From an uncultured bacterium (GTDB taxonomy: Bacteria > Planctomycetota > UBA1135 > GCA-002686595), in assembly GCA_943787795.1 (NCBI GenBank), contig CALSNU010000004.1, positions 1 through 64,000 of the forward strand: DNA of 64,000 nucleotides, in the 5' to 3' direction. Position 1 is the first letter of the stretch, and each line of letters starts with the position of its first letter. Of the stretch, positions 9,818-19,500 are shown in pieces. Below the pieces are notes generated by a model, which ran no database searches, was not told the origin of the DNA, and saw nothing but the letters and a program-made list of their open reading frames with translations. The position numbers were made by a program, and so were the translations under genes.

Positions 9818-10771
9818 CTATCCCAGCCCGAACGGCAGCAGGTCAATCACATCTTTCCAATCGAGGAGCACGATTCCAATACCAAGGGCCAAGTACGGGC
9901 CAAAGGGCAGATATCGGCCCAGGACCCTCGCGGTACGAAGGGCCTGTGGGCGACCGCGATTCGGGAGCCTACGGCGTCGCTGCCGGGCCCGAACCACCAG
10001 GTACCAGCGCAGGATGTTGAGTACCCCCACTAGCGATCCAGCGAAGACGGCCACCTGGAGGGCCTGGAACGTCCCCAAGACCCCCACCAGACCCCCTCCC
10101 GCGGCCATCAGCTTCACGTCTCCGAAGCCCATGGCATCGGCGCCGGAGGCCCGCTTGCCGATCCAGCCGAGCCCGTAGAGGACGCCACCGCCCAGCGCCA
10201 TCCCGGCGAGGCACTCGGACAGCGAGGCGACCCCATCCACAGCCCCTCCCGGGGCGAGCGCCACGGCCACCAATCCAGACGAGTGCAGCGCCGGCAACAA
10301 GAAGGACACGATCGGGGCCGCCCACATCCCGCCGATGGAGACCTGGTCAGGGATCTCGTACCGCTCAAAGTCCACGAAGGTGGCCACCACCAGCGCCGCG
10401 AGCACGATCGAGTCGAGCACCAGGAAGCTCCACCCCTGCGAGGCCGCAGCGCGCCACGAGAGGTAGAAGACGGCCGCACCGATCAGCTCGACGACCGGAT
10501 ACCGCCAGTGGATCGGGGCGGCGCAGCCCAGGCAGCGCCCGCGCTGCATGAGCCACGAGAGGACAGGGAGGTTCTCGCGCCACCCGAGCTGCCGATCGCA
10601 CCCCGGGCAGTGGGACCGGGAGGGGCTCCATACGGAGGCGCCCTCCACCGGAAAGCGATGGATGCAGACGTTGAGGAAGGAGCCGACGAAGAGCCCCATC
10701 GCGACCCAGAAGAACCCGAACCCGGCGCTCTCAAGCGCGGGGAACGTGAGGACGAAACCAAGCCAGCTCAT
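9818..10771 (-). CDS. pilD: Prepilin peptidase / N-methyltransferase
   Basis: GSFLNVCIHR, CPGC...CLGC, RYPVVEL, FVD...IPD, MGFGDVKL, PFGPYL. Confidence 0.93.
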   Translation of the reverse strand: MSWLGFVLTFPALESAGFGFFWVAMGLFVGSFLNVCIHRFPVEGASVWSPSRSHCPGCDRQLGWRENLPVLSWLMQRGRCLGCAAPIHWRYPVVELIGAAVFYLSWRAAASQGWSFLVLDSIVLAALVVATFVDFERYEIPDQVSIGGMWAAPIVSFLLPALHSSGLVAVALAPGGAVDGVASLSECLAGMALGGGVLYGLGWIGKRASGADAMGFGDVKLMAAGGGLVGVLGTFQALQVAVFAGSLVGVLNILRWYLVVRARQRRRRLPNRGRPQALRTARVLGRYLPFGPYLALGIGIVLLDWKDVIDLLPFGLG

Positions 10772-12822
10772 CGTTCGGGGCTCCAGGCCAGGTCTACGCG
10801 GTCCACGAAGGGCGGGTCCCAGGACCCGCGGCGCGGATAGACGACGAGCTCCACCCTCATGCGGACCGTCGTTCCGGCGCCGGTGGTCGGCTCGACGACG
10901 AGGCCGGGCTGATCGAATCGAGCAGCCTGAGCGAGCCCCGCCTCTCCTTGCTGGAGGATGTCTGCGCGCAGGAACTGCACGCGGTAGTCGCCTCGACCGC
11001 CCCGGGAGCCCATGACCTCCGCCTCCTGCCAGAAGCGTGGGCGCTGCCCCTTCGGGACAGGAGAGGACAACGCCACGAAGGTGAGCGGGCGAGCGAGTGG
11101 ATTATGCAGGGGCTCATCGATCAGGAGAGGCGGGACCACATTGGGGCTGGCGTTGGGGTTGTACTGGTGCGGGAGTTCGAAGCCCCCGCCCTCCCCCAGC
11201 AACCAGAGCTGCCCATCGGCTGCCCGCGGCCTCCCCTTGCCGCGAATCCGGCCGCCTGCGACCAACAGCAGTGGGGTGTCCACATTGATTTCCCCCGTCA
11301 CGACGAGGTCTCCACCGGCGATGACCACGGTCCAGGGGTGATCCAATGCCGCCGCTCGCTTCAGCCACGTCGAGAGGGACTCTGACTGCCCTTGCGGAAT
11401 GAGGAGCTTGGCGGAGTCCCACATGCCAGGTGCCTCCGTCGCCGCCGCCCGTCGGATGAGGTCCCCCTCGAGATTCAGGCGCCCCTGCGCCCGCAGGACC
11501 ACGAGGCCCCCTCCGGTGAGGTGGGTCTCTCTCCCCTCGGGGATCGACAGCCTCGTCGCCTGGGTGTCCTTGCCGGCCTCCGACTCACCCAGCACCACGT
11601 CGCCCAATCGCCCGTCCCCAGCTGCCGCCGGATACCGGATATCAACACGCCCGTTCCCGACCCACCGTGCCGTACCGTCGCTCTGTCGGTCGAGCACCGG
11701 CACGAAGTCAAGATCGTCAGTGAAGTCGAAGGTGTAGCTGTCGCTTCCCTCCGGAGAGCGCATCCACTCCCGCGCCACGATGAAGCGGATGGGGCGCTGG
11801 GGTAGCCCCACCGAGGTCCCAGAGAAGTCGCGGATTCCACCGCCGAGCCCCGCCCTCAGGTGCAACTCGAACAGCGCCGGGCCGCGACCCGCGACGACCG
11901 GGAAGGGAGTCCGAGGATAGACACGGAGCCGAGCGCCGCCGGCCCCGTCTGCGCCCTTTGCCGTCCCGATCTCCCCCTCATTCGACACCACCTCGATCCT
12001 GGCGACCTCGATCGGCGGCATCAGCAGCGGCACGGCCTCAGAAGGGGGTGCAAGGCTCAGGCGGAACTCATAGTCCGCGGCCTTGATGGACCTGGGATCC
12101 ACCGGTTCAGAGCAAGAGAGTTGAAGCGGCTCATCCCAGGCCAGCGGGAGAGTATCCGATGACCCCGGGTCACCCGCTGCAACCCGGAGGACCGCCGCTC
12201 GGCCAGGTGACGCATCACGGAGCACCGCCGATCCTTCATCTCCTGGCACCTCCGTCCCCTCGACCGACACCGCGCGGAAGTCGAAGGACATCGATCGATC
12301 CAGCGCTGCCCCGCCAACCGAGCGCACAGCGCCGAGGAAGGGGAACCCCACGAGGGTCAATCGATAGCGCTGCCCGGGGACGAATCCCCCGTCCGAGAGC
12401 GCCTGGTTGCGCACACCCGCGGGCCGAAACCGAACGAGTCGCCCGTCGACCTCCCAGTCCCCCTGGGCCTCCAGCCCGGTCAACTCGCTGACGAGCCGCG
12501 CCGAGTCCCGGGTCACCGAGGTCGGATCCACGGCCTGATTGAACGTCAAGCGGATCGAGTCGTTCAGCAGGAGCAGCGGGCCGCCAGCCTCCGGGGACAG
12601 GGCCTCCAGCTGAAGCGCGACCTCATCGGGTGGACCAGGCAAGCAACCAGCGAGCCCCCAGGCGACGACGAGTACGACCTGCCGAAGGGAGAAGCACAGC
12701 CCCCGCGCGAGGCCCCCATCGAGTCCCAAGCGCGCACCTCTGGAACGAGACCCAGGGCGTTCCGTTGTGGACCGACCGCGCCTCCAGCGACACGGCCCCA
12801 CTGGTCTCTTGGAGAGGAGCAT
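10768..12822 (-). CDS. Ig-like-domain putative lipoprotein (start uncertain)
   Basis: GLAGC lipobox-like; LTFNQAVDPTSV...VRFRP Ig-like domain; GDGRLGDVVL; C-terminal RMRVEL...PFVDRVDLAW; stop overlaps pilD ATG. Confidence 0.75.
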   Translation of the reverse strand: MLLSKRPVGPCRWRRGRSTTERPGSRSRGARLGLDGGLARGLCFSLRQVVLVVAWGLAGCLPGPPDEVALQLEALSPEAGGPLLLLNDSIRLTFNQAVDPTSVTRDSARLVSELTGLEAQGDWEVDGRLVRFRPAGVRNQALSDGGFVPGQRYRLTLVGFPFLGAVRSVGGAALDRSMSFDFRAVSVEGTEVPGDEGSAVLRDASPGRAAVLRVAAGDPGSSDTLPLAWDEPLQLSCSEPVDPRSIKAADYEFRLSLAPPSEAVPLLMPPIEVARIEVVSNEGEIGTAKGADGAGGARLRVYPRTPFPVVAGRGPALFELHLRAGLGGGIRDFSGTSVGLPQRPIRFIVAREWMRSPEGSDSYTFDFTDDLDFVPVLDRQSDGTARWVGNGRVDIRYPAAAGDGRLGDVVLGESEAGKDTQATRLSIPEGRETHLTGGGLVVLRAQGRLNLEGDLIRRAAATEAPGMWDSAKLLIPQGQSESLSTWLKRAAALDHPWTVVIAGGDLVVTGEINVDTPLLLVAGGRIRGKGRPRAADGQLWLLGEGGGFELPHQYNPNASPNVVPPLLIDEPLHNPLARPLTFVALSSPVPKGQRPRFWQEAEVMGSRGGRGDYRVQFLRADILQQGEAGLAQAARFDQPGLVVEPTTGAGTTVRMRVELVVYPRRGSWDPPFVDRVDLAWSPER

Positions 12823-12838
12823 GGCTCGATCAAACGAA

Positions 12839-12876
12839 CGAGGCCCGCTGATCGCAAGCGCGATCAGCGGGCCTCG
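12839..12876 (-). terminator. Intrinsic terminator inside the lipoprotein cluster
   Basis: Perfect 17-bp stem cgaggcccgctgatcgc/gcgatcagcgggcctcg, 4-nt loop, followed on minus strand by TTCGTTT. Confidence 0.75.
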
Positions 12877-12901
12877 ACGCACTAAGTGCCGAACGGAAGG
12901 A

Positions 12902-15900
12902 TCAGAACTTGTACTGGACCCGGAGGTAGTCCAGCGCGGGCCGCGGCGCAGCGAGATCCACACCAGAGTTGTCCACGTCCAGGTTGAACACCGCCTTGAA
13001 CCGGATGAAGCCCCAGTCTGCGCTGTTCAAGGCCGAGATGTTCGTCGCGAACGCCGAGAGGTCTCCGTTGCTGAACGAGTCGGTCGGGATCGCGCTCGGC
13101 TCCCCCGTCAGAGGGTTCTCGATCGTGGCGTCGAAGGAAATCTCCACCGAGGTGTTCAGCGGGAAGGCGTCCTCGATGCCTGCCGTACGGAGGCGGTAGA
13201 AGAACGGGACCACCTCGACCTGGACGGTGCCGTTCCCGACACCGAGCGCCACGAGCGTGTCCTCGAGGGTCGTGCCCCGGGGATCAACGACCAGCGACAG
13301 CGCGTCAGCGACGCCGTCGTAGGACCCCGACTGAACGATGAACTCGGTGGCCGCGGGGCCCGCACCGTCTCGGATGCGCACGGCGAACTCTCGCGTCAGC
13401 GCCGGGTTGAGCTTGTAGATGTCATCGAAGCCTGCGCCGGGGAACGTGAACGTCGCCGTGGCACCATCCACCGCCGGCAGCGCGCCGCCAGCGGGGATCG
13501 CCGTGTAGGGGAAGATCGCCGGCAGCTCTGCCGCGACCGTGCCGCTGCGAGGCACCGAGCCAGTGCCCAGGTCGGTGCCGCTGAAGAGCAGTTCAACCTG
13601 CTCTGACACACCACCGGGGTTCAGGCGGGCGAGGCCCAGCGGGATCCAGACCGAGAAGGCCTCGGAGCGCGCACTGAAGAAGGGGATCAGCACGTCCGCG
13701 GGCTGAGAGGGGCTGGTCCAGCCAATGGGCGGGGGAGCCATCGAGCGCGTCGGGTCAAGGTCGATCCCGTACGTTCCGGTGGCGTTGGGGAATTGCAGCT
13801 GGGTCGCAGGGTCGGACACGTGGAGCTGGATGATCCCGGGACCACCGTCACCCCCGCCGCCGATGACCGTGCCTTCGGGCGGCTGGATCACCGCACAGGC
13901 GTCGATGTTGTTGCACTGCAGCCAGATGTTCTGGTTCTGCGGCGGGATCGTCGTGTTGCCCTCGAAGTGCGCGATCGGGATCGCGTCCTGGCGCCACTGA
14001 GTGGAGCCGTTCTCGTTGGCGCCGCAGCGGCTGTCCTTGCCGCAGCCACCCTGGCCGCCAAGAGCGCGGAGCGGACGAGTCTCGTGGATGGGGACCGCGC
14101 CGTCGTCGTCGTAGAAGGCTCCGACCGAGGTCGCAGTCGCCTGCGACTCGATGACGATGGCACCCGCGCTGGAGAGCACGATGTGGCCGCCGGAACCGCC
14201 ACCGGAACCGCCGCCGATCCGGTCGAAGAAGATCGAGTTCTCGCCGCCACCGCCGTCGCCGCCGTTGGCCGAGAGCTCGCCGTCGCCGAGGAGCTCGATG
14301 TTGCCAATGGCGAGCACGAGGAGACCGCCGGCACCGCCGCCGCCGCCGGACCCCTTCTCGTCACCCGTGGGGTTGAAGGGGGTCTGAGGGAAGGTCGACG
14401 TGCGTGAAGCGTCGCCACCGCCACCGCCGCCGGACCCAGCGATCACCCCGGTGAGCTCACCGAGGATCTGCTCGCCATTGGAGGTCAGCAGGGTGCCAAG
14501 GAAGTCGTTGTCGGACCGCTCATCGGTGAACGGCGACGGACCGAGGCTCCCGCCTTGGGCCGGACCCGATCCGGAAACGGCGCCGGTAGCGTCGGGGCAA
14601 CCCGTGAAGCCCGGCTCAGCGTCCATACCCACCAGGGTCTGGCATCGAATGAGGCCGGTCGGGGCTCCTGTCTGAACGTCGAATCGGATGTCCTTTCCGG
14701 TGACACCGCCGCCGCCGCCGGCACCGCGCCGGTTCTCGATGGAGCAGGTTCCGGGGGGCGCGAAGGTGGTCTCTCCACCCCCGCCGCCCAGGTTCGGGAT
14801 GCCGAAGTAGCCTTCGCCGGGGGCACCCTGCGGAGTCGACTGGGAGGTCAGGAACGAGGCGGCGCCCCCGGCGCCACCACCGGCCTGGCCCTCGGCACCT
14901 TCCTCGGGCTGGTTGGTGGTGTTCAGCGTGCCGACACCTGCGTTGTCTCCGCCGTCGAGCGAGACCTCGCCACGAATCGTGACGGAGCCAGTGGCGAGAA
15001 TGGTGCAGGTGTTCGGACCCTGGATCACGAGTCGGCCACCGGCCTCAACAACGAGGTCGTTGACGTCCACGACGCCGTTGAACACCGGCTGGGTGAAGAA
15101 GGGCTCGCCGTTCGGACCCCCGATGATCTGGTCACCGGAAGTGTTCAGGAAAATGGTCTCGCCGGTACGGATGTACCAGTCGAAGTCGCCGCCCGGGCCG
15201 CCAGTACCGTCGAAGTCGAAGGAGGCCGCGAGGACCCCCTCATTCTGAGGAGCCGACCAGCCAGCCCGGGGGAACGCGGAGGCGATCGCCGTGTCCTCCA
15301 GCGAACCCGTGCTCGTTCCGGGCAGGCTGAAGGGAACGAGGATCTCGTCGCTTCCATCATCCTCCGTACCCCCGGCGCCGCCGGGGTTGGCGAGGGTCGA
15401 GGTCATCCGCGCAAAGCTGGTTTGAGTCGCCTGGACGCTGTCGCCTGTGAGGTCCTGGAACCCCTCCTTGACCACGACGCGGAGCGACGCGTCCTGGGGT
15501 ACCACGCCACCCGGCGTGACCCGCAGGGAGGAGCCCGTCTGGGTGCAGTTATCGATCAGCGCCACCGCCGAAGGCACCCTGGACCAGTTCACTCCGTTGT
15601 AGCTGTACTGCATCTCAATCAGCTGCGAGTTGACGTTGCTCGTCCCCGCGAACACAGGCTGATTGAAGCGCAGCACGACGGAGAACTGCTGGGAGACGTC
15701 GCTGTAGAGGTTCAGCGGCACGTCGCTGGCAATTCCGCCGAGCTGCGTCAGCGGATCGAACTGAAAGTACTCGGTCGTCCCGTCGCCGAACTCGACGGCG
15801 GACGCGGAGAGCGAGTCGAGGGGCTCACCGTTCAAGCCTCGAACCCGGACCTGCGGCGGGCCTGCGACGACGTCGACGAAGAGCACCAGCGGGTCGGTGG

Positions 15901-16375
15901 ACTCCGGCGTCGTGAAGCCGATGTTGAGGCCAACGCCGAGGGCAGCACCCGTCGTACTGAGGACCGTCACCCCTGTCGGATCCGAGACCACGCGGAGGCT
16001 GTACTCGCGTCCTTGCTTGAGACCCCCATTCGAGTTCAGGTTGTCCGTCGGGCAGACCGGCTGAAAGCGCACCGTGCGGAGATCCGACGCGGTGAACGTC
16101 CCGATCGCCGGGCCGCCCTGTGTGTCGACGATCTGAATCGTGCTCAGAGAGACCGTGGAGAAGTCCACGTCCTGGTTGAACTCGATGTCGATGGCGCGGT
16201 TCAGCTGCCAGATCGACCCGTTGAGCACGTTGGAACTCACCACGGCGAAGTCGGACCCGGGGTTGGTGCCTGCACCGCCCCCTGAGTCGCTGCCGCTGCC
16301 GCTGCATGCGACGAGGGTGAGAGCCCCGAGGGAGGCAGTTAGAAAGGCCTGAAGTCGTCGTTGCGGTCGCGGCAT
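12902..16375 (-). CDS. Giant glycine-rich Ig-like lipoprotein (~1157 aa)
   Basis: MPRPQRRLQAFLTASLGALTLVAC lipobox; IEFNQDVDFSTV and LRFNQPV Ig-like domains; long Gly-rich tract; C-terminal FIRFKAVF...PALDYLRVQYKF. Confidence 0.85.
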   Translation of the reverse strand: MPRPQRRLQAFLTASLGALTLVACSGSGSDSGGGAGTNPGSDFAVVSSNVLNGSIWQLNRAIDIEFNQDVDFSTVSLSTIQIVDTQGGPAIGTFTASDLRTVRFQPVCPTDNLNSNGGLKQGREYSLRVVSDPTGVTVLSTTGAALGVGLNIGFTTPESTDPLVLFVDVVAGPPQVRVRGLNGEPLDSLSASAVEFGDGTTEYFQFDPLTQLGGIASDVPLNLYSDVSQQFSVVLRFNQPVFAGTSNVNSQLIEMQYSYNGVNWSRVPSAVALIDNCTQTGSSLRVTPGGVVPQDASLRVVVKEGFQDLTGDSVQATQTSFARMTSTLANPGGAGGTEDDGSDEILVPFSLPGTSTGSLEDTAIASAFPRAGWSAPQNEGVLAASFDFDGTGGPGGDFDWYIRTGETIFLNTSGDQIIGGPNGEPFFTQPVFNGVVDVNDLVVEAGGRLVIQGPNTCTILATGSVTIRGEVSLDGGDNAGVGTLNTTNQPEEGAEGQAGGGAGGAASFLTSQSTPQGAPGEGYFGIPNLGGGGGETTFAPPGTCSIENRRGAGGGGGVTGKDIRFDVQTGAPTGLIRCQTLVGMDAEPGFTGCPDATGAVSGSGPAQGGSLGPSPFTDERSDNDFLGTLLTSNGEQILGELTGVIAGSGGGGGGDASRTSTFPQTPFNPTGDEKGSGGGGGAGGLLVLAIGNIELLGDGELSANGGDGGGGENSIFFDRIGGGSGGGSGGHIVLSSAGAIVIESQATATSVGAFYDDDGAVPIHETRPLRALGGQGGCGKDSRCGANENGSTQWRQDAIPIAHFEGNTTIPPQNQNIWLQCNNIDACAVIQPPEGTVIGGGGDGGPGIIQLHVSDPATQLQFPNATGTYGIDLDPTRSMAPPPIGWTSPSQPADVLIPFFSARSEAFSVWIPLGLARLNPGGVSEQVELLFSGTDLGTGSVPRSGTVAAELPAIFPYTAIPAGGALPAVDGATATFTFPGAGFDDIYKLNPALTREFAVRIRDGAGPAATEFIVQSGSYDGVADALSLVVDPRGTTLEDTLVALGVGNGTVQVEVVPFFYRLRTAGIEDAFPLNTSVEISFDATIENPLTGEPSAIPTDSFSNGDLSAFATNISALNSADWGFIRFKAVFNLDVDNSGVDLAAPRPALDYLRVQYKF

Positions 16376-16523
16376 GGTGGAGATGTTCGCTTGGGGGGTG
16401 TTGAACATTCGGAAGGGAGCAGGCGCGTTCGGCGGCGAGGGGGCGCCGCGCTGAGACGTCAAATTGGGTTCGATGGACTCGGCGTGGAACGCTCGAGAGA
16501 GAGTGGGTTTGAGCTCGAGGAAC

Positions 16524-19500
16524 CTAGTCCTGCGACCAGGTCATCGCGAAGGCGGACAGCTCTGGTGTCTGCACCGTCACGGGGTTGCCCACGAAGGTCA
16601 GGCGCACCTGGTAAAAGCGAGCGTCATTGATCTGACTCACCTCGCTCTTCCAGTCGTCCGAGGCTCCCAGGAAGCTGATCCCCGGGTTCATGGCGTTGGT
16701 GTCGTGGTTGATCGACCCGGCGATGGCTGCCGTATCGACCTCGTTGTAGTAATCGCCGTAGAGGTCGAGCGAGAAGCCGTCCTCGGTGTAATCGATGATC
16801 CCGTTCCCGAGGCCGCCATCATCCGCATCGTTGTCCACCCGATACAGACCACTATTGTCGTAGGTGAACGACTGAGCCCCGCGGAAGTTGACCGTGATCT
16901 CCGTCCCCGGCGGCTGGGCGTTGGCGTCAGGCTCGAGGATCGGCGGGTTGTAGACCCGGGTGCTGAAGTTGGCCTCCGAGGGGATGATCGACTCGGACCA
17001 GATCGAGTAAACCTGGCTCACTCGCGTGATGTAGTCGATGCCGCCGAGGTGGACCGTGTTGTCACGACCGAAGGTCGGCGCCCCGGGGTTGGGGAGCGAG
17101 CCGGGGTTGAACCCGCCGTTGGAGATGCTCTGCGAGTCCGGGTTGACGAAGACCGTCGTTCCGGCCTGGTTCACGCCGCCCGTGCTGAACGCCCGGAAGT
17201 ACGGGCGCGAGGACGAGTTCACCGCCAGCGCAAGGACCCACGCGTTGAGGCCAATGGCCTCGGGATCCGGGTAGGTCCTGAACTCCATCAGGAGCGGTAG
17301 ACCAGAGGTCTGGACCTGCCCCGGGCGGTAGTAAGGGACGAGCGGCGCTTCGATGCCCAGCGCCAGGAGGTAGGCCTGCGGCTCCACGCCCCCGTTGGAG
17401 ATGCCCGCGCGGTCCCGGATCGTTGTGTCCCGCCAGGTGTAGTACGTGAAGTCCTCCGGAGCGATTCCGCGGTTCATCGGGAACGGCAGCAGGCTCGCGC
17501 CCGTGGGGGTCGTGAACAGGTTGCCGGAGTCCACCGTGTAGCCGCGCTCACGCGGGTGAACGGTGATATTCGGAGCCCCAGGGAGGACGTTGCTGTCGTA
17601 CTGCGGCCGCAGACCGGAGTTCTGGAACTGGGGGAAGAGGCTGGACGGGTCGATGATCTCGTCCGGAGCGTAGCGGCAGTGCGAAAGCTTGATCTCGAAC
17701 TGGGCGAACGCGTCAGGGGTGATCACCCCGCCGGACGGCTGCCAGTTCAGGCCCTCAACATCGATGTTGAGGTTCTGGGGATCGGTCAGCGAGAAGCCCG
17801 CGTCGCAGTAGCGCCAAAGCGTCTGCATCTTCGAGCCGAAGTTCGAGAGAGGCGTGACGACCCCCTGAGGGAACTGGGTCATCTGCTGCACGATCGCCTG
17901 GCTCTCGTTGATCGGAACGAAGCTGCGGATCACGGGGCGAGGCCGGATCAGCTGGCGGCCGCTGTCCACAAGGAACTGGCCGCCCCACTCCGGCTTGTTG
18001 CCAAAGGGGGGCTCCTCGTCAATGGAAGTGAAGCGACTCACGCGCCCGCCGGTGAGCTGGGACGATTGTGCCGGGGCGACCACGAGGTCCACGGCCGGCA
18101 CCGTCTCGACGATGTTGCCCGCGAGGTCACGCGGCGGGAAGTCATCCCCGACGTTGGCCAACGTGAGGAAGTAGCTCTCAGAGACTCCCTCCTCGTGCGC
18201 CAGGGGCTGGCCGGGGACGAAGGTCACGCGTCGCAAATCAGCGGATTGCCCCACGCTGCCGACCACGTAATCGGAGGTCGGCAGGTTCCCCACGGACGGG
18301 ATCAGCTCACGGGTGAGCGTGAGGGAGTCGAAGGCCGTGAGCGACAGGGGATCCATCGGCTCGCTGAACCGGAAGGTCATCTGAGCGCCTGTGGAGATCC
18401 CGAAGCCAGGGTCCTCGGGGAACCCAACGGCCTGCGGGAGGATCTGCGTGTAGCACTGGGGACGCTGAGCGTCGGGGAGCGGGTCGAACGCCGTCTGGTA
18501 GCTCGCCGGCACCGCGCCGAAGAGCTCCCAGTCGCCAGGGCCGCTCCAAGCTGCGGGATAGCTCAGCAGTTGGACCTGGACGCCAGACACAAGGCCGCCA
18601 ACCGGGGGCGGCGCATCAGCGGCCACCTGGGCAAAGACGCCGGACTGGTCAATCACGTCCCCCGGCTGGGGCGGCGACCCGCACAGGGAGGATTGGAAGA
18701 CGATTTGCGGGATCACGAATGAGGTGCTCTCCGGACCGCCAACCTGGGTCGGAGCCATCGGAACGTCAATGGGCGTCGACCCCACGACAACCGGCGCAAG
18801 GCTGTCCCGCAGGAAGCCGTTGAACGGATCGCTGATCAGATCGGGCCGGCCCCCCGAGCGGAATGCGCGGGTGACAGGGCGGGTCGACGACGAGTTGTCC
18901 ACCGGGCCGTTGTTGGAGGTCCCCAGCTGGTGATCGGTGATGTTGGAGAGCACGGTGGTGATCCCCTGCGCAGCGTTCGTTCGCGTCGGGATCCGTAGCT
19001 GGGCGTTCGCGTCGCCGAGCACAAGGCTCGGCGGCAGTCCGATCCCGTTGATCACCAGCGGCGGATTCGACGCGAACGCTTCCAGCTCGCTGATCGTCAG
19101 GTCGATCACGACGCGCGTCGGGAACAGCTGGCCGCCGGGGCCGATGTCACCGTAGAACGCGGACGGGAAGATCCGAGCCTCGAACGGGAACGCCGGCGGG
19201 AGGCCCGTGGCGATCTGGATCGAGTTCCGATTGATGGTGTTGGGGTCGATCAGATCGTCAAACGTCAGCACGACCGCGGAGTTCCGCGGGAGCATCGAGA
19301 AGACCCCCGATGTGTTGAGGTCCTGGACTTGGATCAGGTCGAGGCCCTCACCAGCGGCCTGCAGAAGGGCGACGAATTCCTCGAGGCCCTCCCGCGTGGA
19401 GACGTCTCTCAGGACGGTGAGGTTCTCCTGTCCGGTGATCGCGTTGATCCCGATCTCGTAGTCCACCTCGTCAGAGGCCAGAGACTGAGGAATCACGAAG

